From Longimicrobiales bacterium (GTDB lineage: Bacteria; Gemmatimonadota; Gemmatimonadetes; Longimicrobiales; Gaopeijiaceae): DNA of 64,000 bases. The notes under the pieces are model-generated. The model had not been told where the DNA came from and ran no database searches. It was given only the letters and a program-made list of their open reading frames with translations. Below are positions 56,850 through 64,000 of this stretch, piece after piece (position 1 is the stretch's first letter; every line of letters begins with the position of its first letter). The position numbers and the translations under genes were made by a program. The stretch spans positions 401,365 through 465,364 of the forward strand of contig JAWLHJ010000004.1 in NCBI GenBank assembly GCA_041690395.1, read 5' to 3'.

Positions 56850-58003
56850 GCCAGGAGTCCACCGGTACCGCACCGTCCATCCGACGGCCCCTCGCATGGA
56901 TCGCGGTCGTCGCGGCCGCCCTCCTGTTGCCGGGCTGCGGGTCCGGAGACGCACCGGCCCGGGAAGAGGCTCCGCCGGAGGAGGGCCGCGTGGCGCTGAC
57001 CCCGGAGCAGGTCGCGACGGCCGAGGTCGGGGTGGCGCCCGTGCACCTCGAAGAAGTCAGCGGTGCACAGCAGATACCCGCCATGTTGGCCAGCCCCGAT
57101 ACGGCCTCCGTGACCATAGGGTCCGTCGTGGAGGGACGGGTGGCTTCCGTGCTCGTGCTCCCCGGCGATCGAGTCCAGGAGGGGGAGGCGCTGCTCCGCA
57201 TCCACTCCCACGAGCTGACCGACGCCCTGCGCGACCTGACGTCGTCCGAGGCCCGGCTGGACTATGTCGCAGCCGCCGCGGACCGCTCGGACCAGTTGTT
57301 CGCCGCCGGAGCCGTGTCGAGGGAGGAGGTCGAGCGACGCACGGCGGAGCGCGTCCAGATCGAGGCGGAGGTCGAGCGCGCTCGCGATTGGGTGGGCCAC
57401 CTCTCCCCGTCGCCCGACGGCCTCGTGGTGGTTCGGGCGTCACGGACGGGGACCGTCTTCTCGGTCGCGGTCGTGGACGGCACCGTGGTGTTGCCGGGGA
57501 TGGAGTTGGTCTCCCTGGGCCGCACGGACGTCCTGTGGGCGACCGGCTGGGTCCCGGAGCGTCTCGACACGGTCGTGCGGCCCGGGGACTCGGTCGAGGT
57601 GTCCGTGGACGGGCTCTCGATCCCGCCGCTCGAGGCGCACGTGGTGCAGGTCGGTGGAGCGGTCGATCTCACCCGGCGAGCGATCGCGGTCCGGGTCGAG
57701 CTGCGGAGCGTCCCACCGACCGTACGGCCCGGCATGTTCGCGACGTTGACACTGCCTACGGGACCCGCGGAGCTCAGGGCCGTCCTCCCGTCCGACGCGG
57801 TCCAGCAGGTCGAGGGTGGGGAAGTCGCCTTCGTCGAGGAGTCCCCCGGACTCTACGTCGCCGTTCCCGTCGTTTCCGTGCCGCTGGTCGGTGGTCGGGT
57901 CGGGGTCTCCGGGCTCGCGGAGGGTCAGCGCGTCGTGGTGACCGGCGCCTACGCCATCCGATCCGTCATGGAAGGCAACGTGCCGGCGGGAGGTGCCTCA
58001 TGA
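56846..58003 (+). CDS. RND efflux membrane fusion protein (CzcB/CusB-like)
   Basis: Lipobox LPGC; 'GRVASV.V.PGD.V..GE.L', 'RPGMF'. Confidence 0.9.
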   Translation: MSQESTGTAPSIRRPLAWIAVVAAALLLPGCGSGDAPAREEAPPEEGRVALTPEQVATAEVGVAPVHLEEVSGAQQIPAMLASPDTASVTIGSVVEGRVASVLVLPGDRVQEGEALLRIHSHELTDALRDLTSSEARLDYVAAAADRSDQLFAAGAVSREEVERRTAERVQIEAEVERARDWVGHLSPSPDGLVVVRASRTGTVFSVAVVDGTVVLPGMELVSLGRTDVLWATGWVPERLDTVVRPGDSVEVSVDGLSIPPLEAHVVQVGGAVDLTRRAIAVRVELRSVPPTVRPGMFATLTLPTGPAELRAVLPSDAVQQVEGGEVAFVEESPGLYVAVPVVSVPLVGGRVGVSGLAEGQRVVVTGAYAIRSVMEGNVPAGGAS

Positions 58004-61000
58004 TCGGGCTCCTCATCGGGCTGATGGTGCGAGCCCGGAAAGCGGTGCTCGGGCTCACGGGCGTCCTTCTGGCTGGCGGGATCTGGGCCTGGTCCACGAT
58101 TCCCTTCGAGCCGTTCCCCGACCTCACGGCGAACGCGGCCACCGTCATCGCCGACGCGCCCGGCATGGCGCCGCAGGAGGTGGAGCAGTTGGTCACCTTT
58201 CCCATCGAACGGGCGTTCCTCGGCCTTCCCCGGACCCTCAACGTTCGGTCCACGAGCAAGTTCGGCGTATCCATGACGCAGGTCGTGTTCGAGGACGGGG
58301 TCGATCCGTACTTCGCCCGTCAGCTCCTCACCGAGCGCCTGGGTAGCGTCCTCGCGGAGGTGCCGGACGGCGTATCCGTCACGCTGGGCCCGGTCTCCAC
58401 CGCGATGGGCGAGGTGTATCAGTACGTCGTCGTGTCCGACGACCCGGACTGGAGCGCCACGGAGCTCAAGACGCTGCAGGACTACACCATCGCTCCGCAG
58501 CTGCGCACGGTCCGGGGCGTTGCGGAAGTGAACTCCTGGGGCGGCCTCACCGAGCAGTATCACGTCACCGCCGAGCCGACACGTCTTGCGGCCGCGGGGC
58601 TCACCCTGTTCGACGTGGAGCGCGCCATCGCCGACAACAACCTCAACTTCGGCGGCACCTATACGGAGAGCCGTGGCGAACGTTACGTCATCCGGGGGAT
58701 GGGCCGCCTCGGCGGTCTCGATGCCATCGCCGACGTACAGGTCGCCACCCGCGACGGCGTGCCGCTCAGGGTCGCGGACGTCGCCGAGGTGGGATCGGGT
58801 CCGCTCCCGAGACAGGGAGCGGTGACCTACAACGGGACCGGCGAAGTGGTGAGCGGCATGGTCATCATGCGGAAGGGAGAGAACGCGCAGGACGTGATCG
58901 CGGCCGTGACCGAGCGGGTCGACGAGATCCAGACGACGCTCCCCGACGGCGTCCAGCTGGTCCCGTTCTACGACCAGGCGCACCTCGTCGACCAGACGAC
59001 CCATACCATCAAGAAGAACCTGCTCCTGGGCGGAATCCTGGTGGTCATCCTCCTGTGGGTATTCTTGCGCAACATAGCCGCGAGCGTCATCGTGGCCCTG
59101 GTGATCCCCTTGTCGATGCTGTGGGCCTTCATCGCCATGAAGATGTTCGGCTACTCAGCCAACCTGATGAGCTTGGGGGCGCTCGATTTCGGCCTTCTGG
59201 TCGACGCCTCGGTGGTGATGATCGAGAACGTCATGCGGCGCGCCGGCGAGAAAGGCGCCCCGGGTGAGCGCATTGTACGCGCGGCCTCCGAGGTCGGGCG
59301 ACCCATCGTTTTCGGGATCGTCATCATCATCGCCGTCTACGTGCCCGTCTTCGCCCTGCAGGGCACGGCCGGGAAGATGTTCATTCCCATGGCGTTCACG
59401 GTCATCGCGGCACTCATCGGGTCCCTGGTGCTCGCGATGACGCTGATTCCCGCGCTCGCCCGCATCTTCCTGAGCGATGCGCACGAGGTCGAGGTCGCCG
59501 GCTTCGAGCGCTTCAAGAACCGCTACCGGTCGCTCCTCGATCGCTTGATCGGTCGGCCGAGGGCCGTCCTCGGCGTATCCGCGGCGCTGGTGTTGGTCAT
59601 CATGGTAAGCGCTACCCGCCTCGGTACCGAGTTCATGCCTCGCCTCGACGAGGGGAGCGTGCTCGTCCAGGGCCTGCGCCTACCGTCCACCGCACTCGGC
59701 GAGGGGGTCGCGTTCTCGGGCGCCCTCGAGCGAGCCCTCATCGCTCTTCCCGAAGTGGAGACGGTGGTGTCCAAGCTGGGACGTCCGGACCTCGCCACCG
59801 AGGCCATGGGCACCTACGAGTCCGACACGTACGTGATGTTGAAGGATCGCAATGAATGGCGCCCCGGTGGGAAACCCGCGTTGCTCGCCGCCATGGACAG
59901 CGCGCTCTCCTCGGTGCCCGGGTTGGATTACGCGTTCACACAGCCCATTCAGATGCGTCTGGACGAGGCGGAGTCCGGGATCACGACGGACGTAGGTGTG
60001 AAGATCTTCGGCGAGGACCCGGAACGCCTGGCCGCGGCAGCGGCAAGGGCGGAAGCCGTGATCGCGGGTATCGAGGGTACCGCCGACGTGAAGGTGAGCG
60101 CGGCCGCCGAGGTGAAAGAACTCACCATCGCCCTGGATCGTTCGGCGATGAGCCGCTATGGCCTGAGCTCGAATGACATCGGGCATCAGGTCGAGCTGGC
60201 GCTCGGGTCGGCCGTGGCCACGCAGGTGGTCGACGGGCCGCGTCGGATCGATGTGGTCGTGCGTGTTCCCGACAGCAACCGCATCGATCCGGTGGCCTTC
60301 GGATCCCTGCCCGTGGCCGCGACCGGAACCGGCCTCGTGCCTCTGTCGGCGGTGGCCTCGGTCGGTGTCGCCCAGACACCCGAAGCCTTCGCTCACGAAG
60401 GTGGACGCCGGATGGTCGTCGTCGGCGCGAACATCCGAGGGCGCGACGTGGGCGGGTTCGTCGAGGAAGCGAGCGTCGCCCTCGAGGCTCGGGCCCCCCT
60501 CCCCGATGGCTATCGTTACGAGTGGGGGGGCCAGTACCGGAACCAGCAGATGGCCCTGCGGCGGCTCGCGATTCTCGTGCCCCTGGCCGTTGGCGCCATC
60601 TACCTGCTGTTGTACCTGGCCTTCGGGAGCTTCCTCCAGGGCGCCCTGATCATGACGAACATCCCCTTCGCGCTGGCCGGAGGCATCGCGATCCTGTGGG
60701 TACGGGGGCTGAACCTGAGCACCTCGGCGATCATCGGCTTCATCGCCGTATTCGGCATCGCCGTGTTGAACGGCGTCGTGATGGTCAGCTACATGAACGA
60801 GCTCCGGGAGAAGGGCCGGTCCCTCCGCGAAGCCGTGACCGAAGGCGCGGTGACGCGGCTCCGTCCGGTCCTCATGACGGCTGCCGCCGCAACCCTGGGC
60901 TTCATCCCCATGGCCGTCTCCCAGTCCCCGGGCGCCGAGCTGCAGCGCCCGCTGGCCACGGTCGTGATCGGTGGGCTGATCACCGCCACGGTCCTCACGC

Positions 61001-61071
61001 TCCTGGTGCTACCCACGGCCTACCACGCCGTGGAGCGTTGGGCCGAACGGCGGAGGTCGGAGCATGTTTGA
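58000..61071 (+). CDS. CusA/CzcA family heavy-metal RND transporter
   Basis: 'EPFPDLT', 'EVEQLVTFPIE', 'ANLMSLGALDFGLLVD', 'RLRPVLMTA', 'QRPLATVVIGG'. Confidence 0.95.
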   Translation: MIGLLIGLMVRARKAVLGLTGVLLAGGIWAWSTIPFEPFPDLTANAATVIADAPGMAPQEVEQLVTFPIERAFLGLPRTLNVRSTSKFGVSMTQVVFEDGVDPYFARQLLTERLGSVLAEVPDGVSVTLGPVSTAMGEVYQYVVVSDDPDWSATELKTLQDYTIAPQLRTVRGVAEVNSWGGLTEQYHVTAEPTRLAAAGLTLFDVERAIADNNLNFGGTYTESRGERYVIRGMGRLGGLDAIADVQVATRDGVPLRVADVAEVGSGPLPRQGAVTYNGTGEVVSGMVIMRKGENAQDVIAAVTERVDEIQTTLPDGVQLVPFYDQAHLVDQTTHTIKKNLLLGGILVVILLWVFLRNIAASVIVALVIPLSMLWAFIAMKMFGYSANLMSLGALDFGLLVDASVVMIENVMRRAGEKGAPGERIVRAASEVGRPIVFGIVIIIAVYVPVFALQGTAGKMFIPMAFTVIAALIGSLVLAMTLIPALARIFLSDAHEVEVAGFERFKNRYRSLLDRLIGRPRAVLGVSAALVLVIMVSATRLGTEFMPRLDEGSVLVQGLRLPSTALGEGVAFSGALERALIALPEVETVVSKLGRPDLATEAMGTYESDTYVMLKDRNEWRPGGKPALLAAMDSALSSVPGLDYAFTQPIQMRLDEAESGITTDVGVKIFGEDPERLAAAAARAEAVIAGIEGTADVKVSAAAEVKELTIALDRSAMSRYGLSSNDIGHQVELALGSAVATQVVDGPRRIDVVVRVPDSNRIDPVAFGSLPVAATGTGLVPLSAVASVGVAQTPEAFAHEGGRRMVVVGANIRGRDVGGFVEEASVALEARAPLPDGYRYEWGGQYRNQQMALRRLAILVPLAVGAIYLLLYLAFGSFLQGALIMTNIPFALAGGIAILWVRGLNLSTSAIIGFIAVFGIAVLNGVVMVSYMNELREKGRSLREAVTEGAVTRLRPVLMTAAAATLGFIPMAVSQSPGAELQRPLATVVIGGLITATVLTLLVLPTAYHAVERWAERRRSEHV

Positions 61072-61188
61072 TACCGGGGCACATGCTGCGCAGCGAGCCG
61101 GACCGTTTCGATGTACGGCCGGCAGGCCTACATTCGGCTCGATCGAGCCGGACGGTTCCGGCCTGGATTCCCGTCGTACCGAGAGGCC

Positions 61189-62877
61189 ATGTCGGACTCC
61201 ACCGAGGCACAGCTCCACGCACGCTGGAAGGATGAGCCGGCCCCCCTGCTCCCCCTGCTCCACGCGCTCCACGACCGTGACGGCTACCTGTCGGAGGACG
61301 CGCTTCGCGGAGTCGCCAGGGCCCTCCGGATCCCGATCGCAGACCTCTTCGGGACCGTCACCTTCTACCATCACTTCGCGCGTGAGCCCGGTGGCCTGCA
61401 CGCCCCACGCGTCTGCACGGGGCCGGTCTGCCGCATGCGGGGCGCCGACAGCCTCGTCGAGGCGCTGGACGGGGCCACGCCGATGCCGTGCTCGGGACGA
61501 TGCGACCAACCGATCCCGGTGCTCCGCGGACACGACACGCTCGTGGGCGACTCGGCGGACGGGCTCGAGCTCAGGCCTTCCCCGCTCCCGCCCCCCGCCG
61601 CGCCCGGTGTCGAGGAGTGTGTCTTCGCGGGCATCCGGGCGTCGGGACGGGCCGGACTCGAAGGGTACCGGCGCACCGGCGGCTACGAGGCCCTCGAGGC
61701 CGCGCTGGGCGACACGCGCGCAGGGCTGATCGAGACGCTCGAGGCGTCGGGTCTGGCGGGACGGGGCGGCGCGGGCTTCCCGACCGGGCGGAAGTGGCGG
61801 GCCGTGGCCGAGGCGCCCGGCGACCCGAAGACCATCGTGTGCAACGCGGACGAGGGCGAGCCGGGGTGCTTCAAGGACCGGTGCCTGCTCGACCACGACC
61901 CGCACGCGATCCTCGAGGGGATGATCCTGGCGGCATGGGCCACGGGCGCGACCCGCGGCTTCATCTATCTCCGCTACGAGTACCCGGAGACGGAAGCGGT
62001 CCTGGAGCGCGCGATCGCCGAGGCGCGCGAGGCTGGGCTGATCGGCCGGGACATCCTCGGAAGCGGGCTCGACTTCGAGCTGTACGTGCGGCGCGGAGCG
62101 GGCGCCTACATCTGCGGCGAGGAAGGGTCGCTGCTGAACAGCCTCGAGGGGAAGCATCCGTTCCCGCGGAACCGCCCCCCGTTCCCCGTCACCCACGGCT
62201 TCGAGAACCTCCCCACGGTGGTGAACAACGTCGAGACGCTCGCGTCGGTCCCGCCCATCGTGCGGCACGGAGCCGACTGGTACCGGGGGCTCGGGCGCGG
62301 CGACCACGCCGGCACCAAGGTGATCAGCCTGTCGGGAGACATCGCCCGTCCCGGCAACTACGAGATACCGATCGGCTTTCCGCTGGCCGCGCTCCTGCAC
62401 GACGTGGCGGGCGGGCCCGGTGCGGGCCGGACCGTGCAGGCCGTCACGATGGCCGGGCTGTCCGGCGGCTTCCTGGGTGGCGACGACCTGGACGTGACGC
62501 TGGACGAGCCGAGCATCCGGTCGAAGGGCTCGTTCCTCGGCGCCGGCGGTATCATGGTCTTCGACGACACGCGCGACATGGTCGACGTCGCGCATCAGGC
62601 GATGACCTTCTTCGCCCACGAGTCGTGCGGGAAATGCTTCCCGTGCCGGATCGGCACCCAGAGGCTCATGGAGCGCCTCGGCGGCGACGCGGGTCCCGGC
62701 GAGCTCGGGGCGTGGACGGACGAGGTTCAGGACCTGGGGGCCACCATGATGGAGACGAGCGCGTGCGGGCTCGGCACCGCCGCGCCCCTCATCACGAAGA
62801 GCCTCCTCAAGTATTTTCCGGAGCGGGTAGCGGAGCACGTGGCCCGACCGCACCAGAAGCAGGAGGGCAGGACATGA
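61189..62877 (+). CDS. NuoE/NuoF-like fused diaphorase subunit of NAD-dependent formate dehydrogenase
   Basis: CTGPVC..CSGRC (2Fe-2S); 'GRGGAGFPTG', 'NADEGEPG', 'GAGAYICGEE', 'CGKCFPCRIG..C'. Confidence 0.9.
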   Translation: MSDSTEAQLHARWKDEPAPLLPLLHALHDRDGYLSEDALRGVARALRIPIADLFGTVTFYHHFAREPGGLHAPRVCTGPVCRMRGADSLVEALDGATPMPCSGRCDQPIPVLRGHDTLVGDSADGLELRPSPLPPPAAPGVEECVFAGIRASGRAGLEGYRRTGGYEALEAALGDTRAGLIETLEASGLAGRGGAGFPTGRKWRAVAEAPGDPKTIVCNADEGEPGCFKDRCLLDHDPHAILEGMILAAWATGATRGFIYLRYEYPETEAVLERAIAEAREAGLIGRDILGSGLDFELYVRRGAGAYICGEEGSLLNSLEGKHPFPRNRPPFPVTHGFENLPTVVNNVETLASVPPIVRHGADWYRGLGRGDHAGTKVISLSGDIARPGNYEIPIGFPLAALLHDVAGGPGAGRTVQAVTMAGLSGGFLGGDDLDVTLDEPSIRSKGSFLGAGGIMVFDDTRDMVDVAHQAMTFFAHESCGKCFPCRIGTQRLMERLGGDAGPGELGAWTDEVQDLGATMMETSACGLGTAAPLITKSLLKYFPERVAEHVARPHQKQEGRT

Positions 62878-64000
62878 GCGGCAGCAACGGACGGAACGGC
62901 GGCCCGCCCGCCCCGGAGTCCCCGACCCTCTCCCTGGACGGAGAAGAGGTCGCCTTCACGCCTGGAGAGACCCTCTTCGAGGTCTCGGAGCGACACCGGC
63001 GGGACATCCCGACGCTCTGCTACGACGACCGCCTGGAGCCGTTCGGGGGATGCCGCCTGTGCGTGGTCGAACTCGAGGGCGCCCGCAACCCGGTCGCTTC
63101 CTGCACGACGAAGGCCGAGCCCGGCATGAAGGTGAAGACCCGGGGCGGCCGGCTCGACATGCACCGCCGGGTCCTCATGGAGATGGTCGCCTCCGAGAAC
63201 CGCGACATCGACGTGGATCCCCTGTCCGGATACGCCTCGCAGGAGATGGTCCGGCTCGTCGACCGGTACGAAGCCCGCACGGGCCGCTTCGAGGGCCGGA
63301 AGTCCGGCAAGAGCAAGACCGACGACGCCAACCCGTTCCTCCTTCGGGACTACGAGAACTGCATCTCGTGCTACCGCTGCGTGCGCGTGTGCGCCGAGCA
63401 GGAGGGCGACTACGCGATCAGCGTCATGAACCGGGGATTCGACACGCAGATCACGACGGAGTTCGACGGCGACCTCCGGGAGTCCGCGTGCACCTTCTGC
63501 GGGCAGTGCATCCAGGTGTGCCCCACCGGAGCCCTGGGCGACCTGAAAGCCCTCCGCTACAAGCACGAGCCCGGCGAGACCGAGACCACGCGCACCATCT
63601 GCACGTACTGCGGCGTGGGCTGCTCCGTGGACGTCATGACCCGCGGCGAGAAGATCGTCGGCGTGCTCCCCGCGATGGACGGACCCGCCAACGAGGGGGC
63701 GCTCTGCATCAAGGGGCAGTTCTCCTACGACTTCGTCCAGCACCCCGACCGGCTCAAGACACCGCTGGTGCGGGGGGACGACGGCGAGCTCCACCCGGCG
63801 TCCTGGGACGAGGCACTCGACCGGGCGGCGGAGGGCTTCGGCGAGGCCATCCGGAAGCACGGGCGCCACAGCTTCTACGCGATCGCCTCCGGGCGCGCGC
63901 CCAACGAGGCCGCCTACGTCATGCAGAAGTTCGTGCGGGCCGGGCTCGGGACGAGCTACATCGATAACTGTAGCCGTGCCTGACACGCCCCCACAGTCGC
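62874..64000 (+). CDS. Formate dehydrogenase alpha subunit (selenocysteine-containing), 3'-partial
   Basis: 2Fe-2S and 4Fe-4S clusters, 'CTYCGVGC', 'LCIKG'; 'DNCSRA-UGA-HAPTV' matches the FdhF Sec-His motif. Confidence 0.9.

Noticed and set aside
62874..63983. Truncated FDH pseudogene
   Set aside because: The UGA falls exactly at the Sec ligand position and the frame continues with the conserved His

Overview
High-GC bacterial chromosome segment. The gene content (PadR plus ADOP-type ABC permease, DUF5916, many signal-peptide hydrolases) suggests Gemmatimonadota, which is an inference. Core genes on the left (lptF/lptG, diheme cytochrome, AI-2E transporter, hydrolases) and on the right (detox cluster, multicopper oxidase, GspE-REC, RND metal efflux operon, NAD-linked formate dehydrogenase) flank a ~17.8-kb island integrated in tRNA-Val(TAC). 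The island is bounded by a perfect 46-bp direct repeat (15767-15812 / 33521-33566). It has a satellite-like backbone on the + strand: tyrosine integrase, excisionase-like HTH, DUF3987 replication protein and a candidate ori. Its - strand cargo looks defensive: a type I R-M system plus five single-gene units. Three of the spacers between these units carry homologous, decayed attC-like elements and a fourth carries a core half-site. The best candidate for a new system is a SAMHD1/dNTPase-like HD domain that has lost its metal ligands and is fused to a PD-(D/E)xK nuclease, next to a PIN-LamG fusion and HEPN-like genes. Other highlights are an in-frame UGA (selenocysteine) in the FDH alpha subunit at the window end, a GspE-like pseudo-ATPase with a receiver domain, and a 178-bp inverted-repeat element over the start of an AbiEi/DUF559 gene. 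All calls come from reading motifs by eye; no database searches were run.
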